Shown: positions 46,552 through 59,576 of the stretch, in pieces
How positions within the stretch are numbered: position 1 is the first letter of the stretch
Layout: each line of letters begins with the position of its first letter
From: Catajapyx aquilonaris
Taxonomy: Eukaryota
Length of the DNA: 62,958 bases
Assembly (NCBI GenBank): GCA_000934665.2
Contig: KZ539250.1
Coordinates: 1-62,958 of the forward strand
Direction: 5' to 3'
Position numbers and translations under genes: made by a program
The notes under the pieces: model-generated
Seen by the model: the letters and a program-made list of their open reading frames with translations, nothing else
Databases searched by the model: none
What the model was told of the DNA's origin: nothing

Positions 46552-49089
46552 ATGCCAGACGTGGACCAGCTGCCCCTGGAGGATGTGCTGGAGGATAGCC
46601 CACAGGTACTACATGTTGTGGGGTCACACCCATGCGGGATAAGTCACATGCTTATAATAATATTCCAGACCAGGTCGTTGGTGTCGGTGTTTGAGGAGGA
46701 CGCAAAGGAGCTGAGGAAGTACGTGGAAGGACTGCAGGACAAATGTGAGAGCGTGCTGCGGGCTGAGAGGGACATGTCCTCCGCTCTCAACGGGCTGTCG
46801 AACCATCTGCTGGCGTACGAGAAGCAGGTAAAACGATTCTACAGAAACCAGTTGGCGCAGAACTAACCTCGCACCTGCACAGAAATTCCCAGTGGAAGGC
46901 GACTCCGACTGTATCCTGTTGGACACCCTACGCCAGTTTGCAGGACATGTTGAAGAAGCGGGGTCGTGGCATCAGAGCCTGGCTGCTCAAATGCGGGATT
47001 GCGTTCTCTTTCCGCTCACTCGTTTCCTCGAGACGGATCTCCGGGAAGCTGGAGCCATGGAGGAGACATTCAAGGTTGCGCAGGCTGACTTGGAACGAGC
47101 ACATGCACGGTACGCTCGCTTGGGACGACGCAGGACGAAGGAGGACGTCGGGGTTGAAGATGAGGTGTATGCGTCGAGAAGAAAGTTTCATCGGATTGGG
47201 CTGCATTATTTTAGGCAAGTTGCATACGAAACCGTAAACCAAGAAGTTGTTACATACTGTACAGATTGAGTATTGAATATTATATACCCTGCTAAAGACA
47301 CACTTAAGTGATACAGAAATTATGTACAAAAAGGCCATTCGTATAAGAATATTTAAGAAAAAGTGTACAATTGAATCGAACGATTAATTTAATTAATTAA
47401 TTATTGGGCATTTCAGGAGACTGAACTTGCTTCAGCTGAGCCGCAAGTTGTGTCTTCTTGAACCCCTTTTGGGCTACATGCAAGCGCTTAGGACCATTTT
47501 CTGCGTGGGACACAATGTTCTGTCGTCAAAGGACACGGATGACTTTTTGGTTAACATACATGCTTGTGTGCAAGGGTGAGTTTTTCACAGGATGTTCTGA
47601 ATATTTTTTAAAAAAAGTGATGTTTCTGTTTGTACAGGGCCTACGATGACTTGCGTAAGGAAAGTCGAGAGTCAGAGGAGCTGATCGATTCGATTGTGGC
47701 GCAGAGTGAAGCCATGTACCATACCGAGCCACCTTTGGAAGTGATGCAGGCATCGCTCGATTCAGCAGTGTCGCTCAGCAAGTCAGGCCACCTGTTTGTA
47801 CGGACGTAAGTTGACTCGTCGTAACTGTGCAGCATGTACTAAGCGCAGCGGTTTTATTCGCACAGAAAATACATGGGAGTTGTGGCAAACTGGGAGAGAT
47901 GCTACCTGTACACAGAGGCTGGCCATCTGATGAGCATCGCCAAGGGTGAGGTGGGCGGGTCCCCCTTGCTGGAGCTAGGCCCCGACACTACTGTCCATGC
48001 GCTTCAATCCGAAGAGCGACGATGGGTCTTTCAAGTGTGTTCTGCCAACAAGAAGTCCGCCGTTTTGCAGGCCATGAACGAGCGTGACCGTGACGAGTGG
48101 ATTGTTGCTCTCCTTAATGTCTCGCACCATGGAGGCTACACCAAACAAGAACCAGAGGGAAAGTCGGCTGGTGGGTCCATTCTGGCTGGAATGAGCCAGT
48201 TTTTTGGCGACAAGAGGCGCAACTCGAAGGCCAGTCCAGCCACCTCTCCTGGAAGCCCCTTTGAGATGCTGATGAATGCGCCTATCGTGTTTGACCTTCC
48301 CACCCTGGATCCATCAGCCCAAGAGGAATCTAGGGACGACGTGAAAGAGGGACCACCCAGGCGCATCAATCCATTTGACGAAACAGGCTCCAGTGTGGCC
48401 GCACCAACTGCCGGACAGTTTTCAAAAGTGTTTACCGTCCGATTTCTGGGATCCATCGAAGTCCACGTAGAAAAGGAAGCTCAGGCAGTGTGGGATGCTA
48501 TTAGACATATTATGACAGCTAGGGCGGTGCACAACCTGTTCAGGTTAGTCTCTAGGGTTCACTGCCGCAGAATTCACCACAACCAGTAATGGAATTTGCG
48601 TAATGTAACAATAAATTTTTCCACAGATCAGCTGAGGTACTGATGGTTGTGAATGAGTCGTGGGTGAGACTATTGGAACCCTCGGGAAGAATGGCCCGAC
48701 TAGCTCATCGACTAGCGGATCTAACGTTCTGGACCCCACATCGCGACAATGACCGGCTTTTTGGATACGTCGTAAAAAACAACGAGTCGGACGGATGGAA
48801 ATTAAGCTGTATTGTTGTTGAGGCAAATGGGTCAGGGGAGGAGATCGGAGAAGCGTTATCTACAGCCTGTAAGAAGAAGGCAGCACCAGCCATAAAGACA
48901 AAGGAGGTGAAGCAATCGGACAAAGTAAGGTCACCCCATCTTAAAGCCGTTCTTCAGGTGTAATAGGCAACGTTGTTTTCTTTAAAGGATATTTTAGCAG
49001 CCATAGCAGCCTTAGAGGATGAGCCAGAGGAGGTTCCGGACCATCTGAAACTACTTCCGTCTGATCCACACCTAGAGAGTGACGCATGA
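46552..49089 (+). CDS. APPL: APPL adaptor (DCC-interacting protein 13; BAR-PH-PTB)
   Basis: About 8 exons. The N-terminus MPDVDQLPLEDVLEDSPQTRSLVSVFEEDA matches recalled APPL1 (MPGIDKLPIEETLEDSPQTRSLLGVFEEDA). It has a PH domain (KSGHLF..WERCY..ERRWVFQV..RDEWI), RRINPF, a PTB domain (FTVRFLGSIEV..MTARAVHNLFR..HRDNDRLFGYV) and a C-terminal ESDA PDZ-ligand-like end. Confidence 0.93.
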
Positions 49090-49714
49090 TCACTTCAATC
49101 CACGCGTTTCGTTCGTTCAAATCAGAAGACATATTTTGTTCACGATACATCACACAGGCATATCGATTGAGAATGTGATAATGGGAGTCCTCCAGAGGTA
49201 TACACATTTTACAGTATATTTTGAGTAGATGCAAATCAAATGTTGATTGTTTTATTTTGTTTGTTGTAACATACACTATTTGTATGTAATAAAAAGTTTT
49301 ATCTTAGTTTTCATTCTGCCTGCTAGGATTTATTGAAGAGGTGAAGGGAAGACAGCAAGTGTAGGTCGCGTCTTCAGAACATTTCCAGTGAGGAATTCCT
49401 GGTGCGTCAGTTCGTCCCGTGTAAGTACTGATTACTGTATGAGCATGCAGTAGTTAGAAATAATTAGGTATAATCATGAACAAGTGCATGTCATACGCTA
49501 GAAACAACTTTAACTCGGTTAATTACTGTCATATGGATACTTGTCGTCATTAACTAATTATACTGCCACATGCAGATGATTTAAAAAGTTCAGGCCAATT
49601 AAAAAAGGTACAGTAATGACACATAGTCAAGTGCTGGCAATTAAATATTTTTATTTAAATCGATTCGCTACAATTTTGGTCCTGGGGGAATTAGTGATTT
49701 TCTTGAGTCAGTGT

Positions 49715-52700
49715 TTATCTGCGGGTACAGGCCAGATCCACGTTGACAGTCTGCGAGACAGTCTTGCCTTTGGGGCACTTGAAGGTGACCTGTAATGTAT
49801 AATAACGACCTTGTAGATCATGTTACAAAGTGTTTGGTCTAGTGTAACCTCACCTGGTCAAAGCGCTGCTTAACTGGGGCGCATCCCTTTGGACAAGTGC
49901 GGATCTTGGATGACTTGCATTTCATCCCTCCAATGTTGATCTCCCGCTTCTGGCCAACTGGCTTGCATTCCTCCTCGGACTTGGAGCCGGAATCTTCATG
50001 GGATCCAGCAGTGGGAGGACGATGTGCTGATGTGGGAGTCTCTTTGTAGTGATGTGTATCCACTGGAGTTCCTCGGTTGCAGTTGGACTCGCACTCGTCA
50101 TCTTGCTCAGCTAGGAGCTTCAGGTACATCTCATCAGGCGCTTGGCACTTGTTGTCAGAAACAGCAAAGCTGGCGGCCAGTACGTTGGGGTCATCCAAAA
50201 CGCAGTCTTTGGGGCTCTTCATGTCAGCAGTCTTAAAGGATTCGAGTTTCATTAGAGAAGAGTACATTAAGTGATGCAATTAAGTTGTACCTGTTCACCA
50301 TTGAAGTCACCGCAGAGACCACAAGTGAGGTTGCGGAAAGCATTGGGGACAGCGATTCTGTATCGCATGCCGTCGGTGGTCACTTCAAGACCTTGAGGAT
50401 CCTTCTGCCACTGGAGCTGCAGTTGTCCATCAGCCGTTCTTGTTGCCACGAACACAGTCTCATCTCCATACATGCTCTTCTCAATTTCCTGTCATGATTA
50501 AATTTGTCTTAATTCATGTAAATTGACACTGATTTTAAAACTCACAATGTGCCTCTTGTCGTCCTTCACGTCCACCTTCTTGCCGTCAACGTACAGCATC
50601 GGCCTGTAATCTCCATCCTGGATCTTAATTTCCACATTGTGTCCACTTATGTAAGCCATCATTTCTTTGTACTGAGTCATATGCTGCTTGAGTAGAATAG
50701 CGAACTTGGAGTACATGGAGCAATCCATTGCAACCACTATGGGGCATGTGCCAATTCTCTGTTCGTCATACATGAAGGTGAAGTCGTCCAATGTGCTGAC
50801 ACGGCCCTTCTCCAAGTGGCAATACGCTGCATGAAAAGTCAATTGTTAGTGATACATTTTAGGCGTAAAACAGCCAATACTGACGTGTGTATTGATCTGC
50901 CATTATTCCATTAGCAAGCTGAGTCATCATGTGTGTTCCCAGCTTCATGGGCCCAACGTAAGCATGAGGTGACTTGATGGTAACAGTTCCTTGGTGCAGC
51001 TTAATTTCTGCTGACATGCGATTGTCCTTTCCAGGAATGTAGTGAACATGGACCAGCACCTCGTTTTCATCAAGGTCCCGGTTATTGCTGGTGGGGTTTA
51101 CCGCAACATAATCGTATGCATGGCTGATCATGGCAGTGGCTACATGTGTCGTTGCATTTGCCAGCCAGTCAGGGATCTGGAAATGTGAGTTGTTACGTAT
51201 GTACCGAAACACTACTATTGGGCCGACTCACCTGTCCGTCATAGTTCATAGCAAATTCATAGTGATTCAGTGTCAGTGCTTGGTCTGCTGCTTCCAAGCA
51301 AGCTTCTGGTGTTTCGTATGCCTTCATCTCACAATACTTGGTCTCTGGCGAGCTGTGTGCGTAATCTTCCTGGTCTGAACTGCGCTTGAAGGTTCCCTGT
51401 GGCAGGTATACAGTCACTATTTTTTGTGTTGGAATTAATACTCATTTACTTACATTGATATAGATGTCAGTCTCCAATGAGGTTCCTTGTCTGAGAGAGA
51501 ACTTGAGTGATGATTGAGAGTAGGTGTTTGCACGCTGGGCCAACTTATGCTGGAGGACAGGTGGTACAGGGAAGTCTGATCCAATGTCCAGAGAGGCGCT
51601 CCATGGCTCATCGTGGTCTTCCTTCTCACACTTGCGATGCAGCCAGGCTGACAGACCAGCTCCAGTAGGCTGATGATCAACTGCGATACCAACAGCAGCT
51701 TCGTAGTGCCTCTGCTTCACCCGCTCCTTGTTGGATGTTGCAAAAGTCACGGCTATGCTGCATACATCTCCGCCTGTGTAGGAACAAGTGTTGGTAATCT
51801 AACTCTTATTGAGAGACACCGTGAGTATACGTACTGGTTATGAGCTTGTGAGCACGCTTGGATGCCAGCTCCAGATGTCGTGTGTTGGGCTGGACAATTG
51901 GTCTGACAGTAATGGTCTGGGCCACCACTGGTCTACGTGATTCGGGAGAGTTGTCAATTTCTAATGGTGGGTACAAGTCATGTAGAGTTGTTGACTCTGT
52001 GCTTTCAAAGGAGCCGAACGAGCCGAACGAGCTGAAGTAGTCAGGAGTGGTGGAGTAATACATTTGCTTTCGCGGTTGCATCTTCTGGTAGTATGATGCT
52101 GGGATGGGCATCTGGCGCTTCTGCCGACGACCATGGGACTCATGACTCTGATGAGTATCATGGTCTGCATGCTCATGGCTCTCGTCGTTCTCATGGCTTG
52201 GATGAGCGTCGTGGTCTGCATGCTCGTGGCTCTGACTGTCCTCATGGCTTGGATGGGTATCATGATCTGTGTGCTCATGGCTCTGATTGTCCTCATGGCT
52301 AGGATGGGTATCGTGATCTGTGTGCTCGTGGCTCTCGTCGTTCTCATGGCTAGGATGAGCGTCGTGGTCTGCATGCTCGTGGCTCTCATCGTTCTCATGG
52401 CTTGGATGAGCATCATGGTCGGCATGCTCATGGCTTGACTTCTGGTCGTCAACTGCCCATATCTTCCCTGGGGTTCGCTTCGGGGTGTCTTGGCTTTCCA
52501 CCTGCACGTTGTACTGCATTGGCAGCATCATGTAGTAGGCCTTAGGCAGGTAATTACTGTACAGCCTGTACGTGCCTTGGCTTATGTCGCTACTCTCAGT
52601 GCTTTCTGAACTCTGGCTCTCTGCACTCTCGCTACTGTCCCATCCATCTTCTTTATTGTACATGTAGGTGAAGAGCTTCTGGGCCTTTGTGGTCTTGTCT

Positions 52701-55700
52701 GCAGTCTTTTGCTCTGAATCTGCGATGAGAAAGTTACTCACTGTGATGTACCATATTTTAGTTGATTGTTAAACTTACTGTAAGCCATGGCCATGGTGAC
52801 ACTGCTGGCTTCACTGCCAGGAATGTCGATTGAAGCATGGATGGAACCATATCCGACTGTTGGAATTGCCCATGGTGCAAGGTACCAGCCAGTTGGGGTG
52901 TTGGCTTCCATAACAGCCGCCCACAGGGACTGCGTAGTGTCCATTGAATCAAGCGTGTAGTTGACCTTGGTGTTGATACCAAACGCATGCTTTCCGTACT
53001 CCTCAACAACCTGAAATTAACATATTTTACAGTAGGATCATCACCAATGGATTCTGCTGTGACTAACCTCTGGAAGTTCCTCGTTGACAACGATAAGGGA
53101 TCCAGAAACCTCTGGAGGGCTGAGCCTGTTTAGAGAGGCAGACATGGTCTTTGGCTTTTGTTGTGCATGGAAAATGGTGACTTCCTCATCAATATGTGGG
53201 AACAAGGAGTACGAAGCGGTGACCACCTGCTGTGCTCTGTCCCAGGATATCTCGGCCAGCCCCTGTGCATTGTACATCACCTGCTTGGCCACACTGGCAG
53301 CAACATGCTTCTTGGTGGAAGGAACGAAGAATCCGATGGAACCGTACAACTGCCAATAGTAGCTGGCGTCCACGAAGGCAGTGATGTTGACCTGATCAGG
53401 AACGACGAATGGACCACGACGCATATCAGGCTTGGTCTTGGCATTCAGACCGCCCTTTATCTTGAGGACTGATGGAAACTCGAAGTTGGCCATTGCGACG
53501 GCACCCATAGCCGTGGGGTAGGCCAAAGTGTGCTCTTCACTGTACCATGCACTACGCCAGTGCATGAAATATCCTCTGTCCATTACATCGCGAAGAGTGT
53601 TCTGCCAATCTGCAATGAGCACAATTAATTATCTAATTCCCACACCACAATGACAAGTTGCTTACATGAACCAATCTTCTGGTACCAATCTCCAGCCAAA
53701 GTGAAATGCTTGGACTTGCTGTTGTCACTCTGGGCTGAAGCGAAGAATGTTGAGAAGATCGACGTGGGTCTCTCCAGCAAATGCAGTGCACTCTTAATCT
53801 TCTCCATGTTAGCTGACTGTTCCTGTTGATGACCTGATGGTGTCCCTTCAGATGATTGCTGGAAGGTGCTCTGGAAATGTTCCTTGATGCCTCGAAGGGT
53901 GTCGAACCACGATGAGAACTGGTATGGCACGAAGCTCTTCAACATTCCTGGTTGCAAGTTGTACATTAGGAATATGTTTCTAGGGAAGGCTGAGGTTCGA
54001 GAAGCATGTGTGCTCATCTCCACGAAGTATCCCAACTCAAGTTCGTAGATATAGTCAGAGTGGACATAGGCAAGAGAGTCTGCCAGTCCACACTCGATGT
54101 CCTTGATGAGAGGATAAACTCCCATTGCCTTCTTGCGCCTGTTAAGAAAATATTGATATAGAACGTAGCCTGTGTCACTTTGTAACGTACTTACAAGTAC
54201 TGATGGTGTGGATCTCGCACATCTTTTAGAGACTGCATAAGAGACTGCAAGTAGCAATGCACCTTGTGGTTCAATCCTTGGTATGACTTCAGAGCCAGAT
54301 TTTGAAGGACGACAGTGTCCGCATCTGAGTACATAAGGATGTTGATAGCTGCAATTCGCACGTCAGGATGTTCGCATTCATCCATGATGAGGGCATCGAG
54401 GACATAGGCAACAGCTGCACGGTTGGTGGACAGAGCCAGACGTATCAGGGAATACACAGCTTCAGTACGGATGAGAGGTCTCTCCGTGACCTTGCCTTCA
54501 AGGATTGGGATCATGTCTTTCAGGGTGTCGGGATGTCCCAGACGGTTGAGAGCCATCAAGTACTTCAGCTGTTAAAAAGTTTGTTACAGTAATTCAAACC
54601 TGTGTGTGTCTTCAGTACTTACCACTTTGAGAGTTGATTCTTCATCATCTCCGGTCTTCAGGTGCTGATTCAGCCTACTCTTGATATCACTATAGAACTT
54701 CTGGACGACCTTGGAATGCACGTTACAGCTGAACTCGTAGATGTTCTCAGGGAACATGAAATGCGACATGCGGGGATGGACACAAGCTTTGTGCAAGAGA
54801 TCAGCAAAGTTGACGATGGCAATAGCCTCCAGATGATTGTCGTCATCTTGAGACATTGTCCACTGGACGAATTCCTGCCAATGCAAACGGACAAATGAGC
54901 ACATGCGAGACAGAGTTAAGTGAACTATTCGACTAACCAGGATGTGCTGAAGCATTTCTTCAGTAGGTGTGGTCACGTATGAGTACAAATGCACCAGGAT
55001 ATGAGGAGCCATCGCAGTCCAGTGACCATCCTCCTTCAGTTGACCACTGCGGATCATCTCCTGGACCATCTTGATAGCAGGGTTAGTTCCTGCCATGCAC
55101 AGAGCATCCGCAAGCATAGCCCTGTGTGAATTGAAATCCTTTATCTAGTTCAATTTTTTTCCAGTCGCAGTGACACTTACTTGATTTTCTTCGGCTGCTG
55201 ACGGAAAGAAGACTGCATCTGCTGGAGTTCATTGTAGTTGAGGACCCTCAATAGCTTGATCAGATGTTGCAGCTTGTTACCGGCATCCGAGTCAATGACA
55301 GAGCTGGAGTAATCAAACATGTCGGGTATCTCATAGATGTAGGTGAGAGCCTGCTTGATGACGGTTTTCCTGCTGGGAGGAGATATCCCACTGAAGAGCA
55401 TGGATCCGTATGGGGTCAAAGGAGCTTTGTCGAGACCAGGAGACTTGACCAATGCAGAGTCTTCCTTCTGGTATTCGGCTCCAGGCCAGCGGAAGTACAG
55501 CTGAGAAACGGTACTGAATTCACCATGGCTTGGACGAGGCGCGGAGGCCATGTTGACCTCCAGAAGGTACATGCTCATGGTCGCTTTGGCAGAGGCGTCC
55601 TCAGCATCAATGAGCTGCAAGTTGGCAGCCAAAGTGTCCCTGGCTTGGATGCTGAACGGCACGAAAGACTTGTCACCGCATCCGATGTAGTTGACAGTGT

Positions 55701-56807
55701 TGCCTCTCTGTCAATTGTGTTTATTGTTAGTGGCTGAACATTTGATTCGGTCCATAAACATACCTGCATGATGTTAGCGCAAGAGTTACCACCAGGAGGA
55801 CACTTGAAGGACGGTGGGCTTCCATAGTGGATGCTGGGGTCGTTGGAGCAAGCAGATGTGTTTGTGGTCTTGATCACCTGAACGTACGGACCTTCTGGGC
55901 AGTACTTGCGCATTACTGTACGTACACTGGAGTCCCACGAAGCGACGAGATGACGAGGGAGATTCTGCACCTGGTATTCAGTGTAGCAGTCGCCCTGAAG
56001 TTGCTGTTCCTCCACGAAGAAGTGCATGATCTGCCCTTGGCTTCGACTGAGTCCAGGTGCGCTCTCTTGTTGTTCATGCTGTCTCTTGAAGGCTCCCACT
56101 TGGAACAGGCTGCACTGGTACTTCTTGAAGTTGAGTGCCGGACGAGGAAGGCCTTTGTTGGTCTCCAGCCTGTCAAACTGTGGGTGGAATTTGAGTCAGT
56201 TGATTTTCTACAATGTTTACAATTCTGGAGTCACATAATAATACCTTCTCATTCTTGTAGTGGCAGATGACAGGTGCCTGGTACTGGTCTCGTATGAGGG
56301 TTGGCATGTTGTCGCTCTTCTTTCCATTGTAATGGTTGCCCATAGGTTGGAAGGCGTCTCCTTCGTCAAACACGGTCATGGACTCCGTCTGTGGTATGGT
56401 CATATTATTTTTAATACTGATTTTACCATTGTTGCTTTTCCTACCTTTAGTAGCAGCGTCTCGTCATCTTGGGGGATAACGTTGAGAAGGTATTGAAACT
56501 CGTTGTATGCATATTGATGCTTCAGCTGGTGGATACCACTCTTGAACAAGTTGCTGACTTTGTACACATACTCGTAGCCAGGTTTGTACAGGACTGGAAT
56601 ATCAGTAAATGGAATTAAACATCATGATACGAAGACAATGATTTTCCAAACTTACCTTGCTCTGAAGGTGCTCCGACACCTGCCATACAAAGAGAAGAAC
56701 AGGATTATTAAGAACATATTCAAAATGTAGTTTCTAATCAAAGTCTTAAGATGGGAATTACCGAATATTATGGCTATGGCAAGGAGCAACTTGGTGTGCC
56801 GGTTCAT
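49715..56807 (-). CDS. Vitellogenin-like large lipid transfer protein 1 (Vitellogenin_N, DUF1943-type region, C-terminal VWD)
   Basis: Signal peptide exon MNRHTKLLLAIAIIF (56807-56762), a micro-exon at 56679-56656, then YKPGYEYVY. Further motifs: EQQLQGDCYTEY, DALCMAGTNPA, ALNRLGHP, EHPDVRIAA; VWD TLDDFTF..CGLCGDFNGE; Cys-rich tail. Stop TAA at 49717-49715; roughly 20 short introns. Confidence 0.9.
52130..52435 (-). repeat. Coding tandem repeat, 6 x 51 nt (17 aa, SHEHADHDAHPSHENDE consensus), within vitellogenin-like 1
   Basis: Six in-frame units totalling 306 nt, immediately followed by RRQKR (52129-52115). Confidence 0.92.
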
Positions 56808-56857
56808 GATGAACTCGTGCAAGGAAGCTCTAACCAGTCGGTATGAATTGGCGATTC

Positions 56858-56865
56858 CTTTTATA
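56858..56865 (-). promoter_or_regulatory. TATA box of vitellogenin-like 1
   Basis: TATAAAAG on the minus strand about 50 bp upstream of the ATG at 56807. Confidence 0.6.
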
Positions 56866-58139
56866 CAGTTTCATTTGACCTGTCCAGACAAGCAATGGCG
56901 CAAAATATATCTGCATGATCTCTGACCTAAAAAAAAAAATATGGCAGAATCTGAGCAGCTTACTTGGCTTGTGGTCTTGTGATGACCTCCATTTTTGCTG
57001 ACTTTGGTGAAAATCAGCTTAGAATTTAGCTGCGCTTGTCACTGCTGCGTACATGTTGCTTTCCAGTTTTTTACTGATACAACTATTATATTGATGACGT
57101 GCTTGGTACAATATATTTCAGGTCAACGTTAATTTTTTGGGTTTACGGGCACTTTTTATTAGGAGTACTGGCCTCACATGTTCAATACAAGCAATGAATG
57201 ATTGCAATTCAGATATTTTCGCAAGTGTTGACTCAAATGTAAAGGACCTTCAAGTGTACTCTGATTTTTGCATCTCAAATCTGCAAATTGCACAATGGTG
57301 TCAGAAATAGCATGATAATTTAATAGGACTGTTTGGCAGCTCATGCCACAATATTTATTAATCTCGACAGAAGTATATGTGACAATTACTGTACCTTTTT
57401 TGCTCATATTACACTCACACTCAGACATTACCACGAATAATATGAAATGTGTGCCAAATATACAGAGTGACTCTCAAGTCTGGATACGCAGGTAATTGAA
57501 TTACATTGTTGGTTGCCAGTTGTGCCAACTCCAAGTGCTAACTGTGCCAATTTAAACTTTACTGACTGTCAACAATCTTTATCTTATCGTTGATTTTTGC
57601 ATTCATCATTATGCAGGTCATTCACAGCTCTGTTTTTGCGAGAAAATTGTGCAGAGTTTGAACATCACAAATACGTATGTACAGTATATACGTCATGTAC
57701 AGCAGATATGATTCCTTACTCAATGAAAAGTATCCGTCAGGTTTTGGATTTCATGCGACACACAATTAGTTGCTTTATCTTAGAGGAATTTGCCCTGCCA
57801 AAGTTAGTAGATATAGTATATATTGATTCACGAACTTGCTAAAATTCTGCAAGTACGTATCTGGGGTAATTGAACTGCTGAAGGAGCACTTCAACCATGA
57901 GACTGCAGTAATTTCCGGTCATCGCATTTTCTCCAATATATCGAGGCATGCACAAATGTGCCTTGGAACGGACGTTATATCAATCCTATGGAAGTAATGA
58001 AACATACCCTAGCCATACAGTGTGTTCCAAGTATTTCTTAAAAAAATACATTAGACGCAATATATGGACAATGTAAATATGCCGTGTGCATGGCATATTT
58101 ACATCATTGTGACTGTGTATTTTCCAATGCATTTCATTG

Positions 58140-58292
58140 GCTTTTGACGTGAATACGTCTTTAAAATCGGGTCCGTATAGAGGGGGGGGNNNNNNNNNNN
58201 NNNNNNNNNNNNNNNNNNNNNNNNNNNNNNNNNNNNNNNNNNNNNCCCCCCAAATACTGAACCGATTTTAAAGACGTATTCACGTCAAAAGC
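58140..58292. repeat. Inverted repeat flanking an assembly gap
   Basis: Perfect 31-bp arms GCTTTTGACGTGAATACGTCTTTAAAATCGG and CCGATTTTAAAGACGTATTCACGTCAAAAGC, with G- and C-runs abutting the Ns at 58190-58245. Confidence 0.75.
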
Positions 58293-59576
58293 TGCGGCTT
58301 GTGTTCCCGACACAACCTAATGTTATTTTTTGTTCCTGTTTTGCACAAAACAAAATAACTGCACTTTTATTCTTCCTGTTGAATGTCTGAATGGACTTGA
58401 TATTCTGTCCGACTCACCCGTCACACTATATATACTTATGGGCAAACTGCTTGAAGTTACAGTATTAGTATAGCACACAAATCCACAACCGTTCCTTTCA
58501 CTTACCATAATTATCACGTCGTGAATTTTGGAACAAAGTGTAGCATTGTTCTCTTGTTCCTTGACCTATAAGTTACTCCTTGGAGCATACCTGTAGGCGC
58601 CAGCTATATCTTCACACAGCTGCAGGTCGACTCTCATCCCTCGATTTATATAGACAAACTGCCTGAAGATATGAGTACCATACGAAGTCCACAACTGTCC
58701 CTGTCAAAGGGCATGCCAAACAGCAGGTTTTTAATTACTGTTACGGTGTCAATTCTAGCTTTAATTTGATCAAGCAATGTTATTTTACTGTTCTCAAATG
58801 TGCCCGTAACACCTCCCTGCCCTTCAGGTCATGTGTAGCATTCCATTCAGTAACCAAGACCTACACGAGTACTGTACAGTACGTACAGTACATATATCAC
58901 ACACGACACACCGTTTACTTTGAATGCTTGTGTGCAGAACAGAACTACAGTACCGAAGTATGTTTTACTCAGAAACAGTTTCCGTATCATACAATCAAAA
59001 CGATGACTACAGGAGAACTCTCGGAAAACCTGTCAGACGCTTCCTAAAATATAGTGTTATCATGAATGAAATAATGAATTTTGATTCAAAATATCAATTT
59101 TGCTCCTATGTGATAGTGCGTCCTCATATGCTGTAGATGCCACACACTTGAACTTGAGCATGGACATTGACCTAATGAGTTGCACTTGTCCCCCACGACC
59201 TGCAAAAGATTCAGGTCACGACATTGTGATAAAAGGCGCTAACTTGGCGCATTTCCTGGATAGATATTGCATGATGAAAATCTCAGTATTGATGTAGTGT
59301 TTATCAGGGAATTTGGGCTGTAATGTTTGCATCTTGCATATCGAGAGGTAAAGGCAGGAGATATGTCACCTGAGTTTGTCTCATGATCATTGCATATTTG
59401 CATGTCACGTTGGGATGCTACGGGAATCAGGGCGGGTCGAAAACATATATACAGTGCGTTTTGATTTTTAAAATGCTTCTATTTATTCATAAATATTACA
59501 TAGGCTACCTAGGGGAGAGTACATAAGTTCTGCAGTAATCACTTCGGTAGGCGTTTCATTTGCCTAATTTCAAAGC

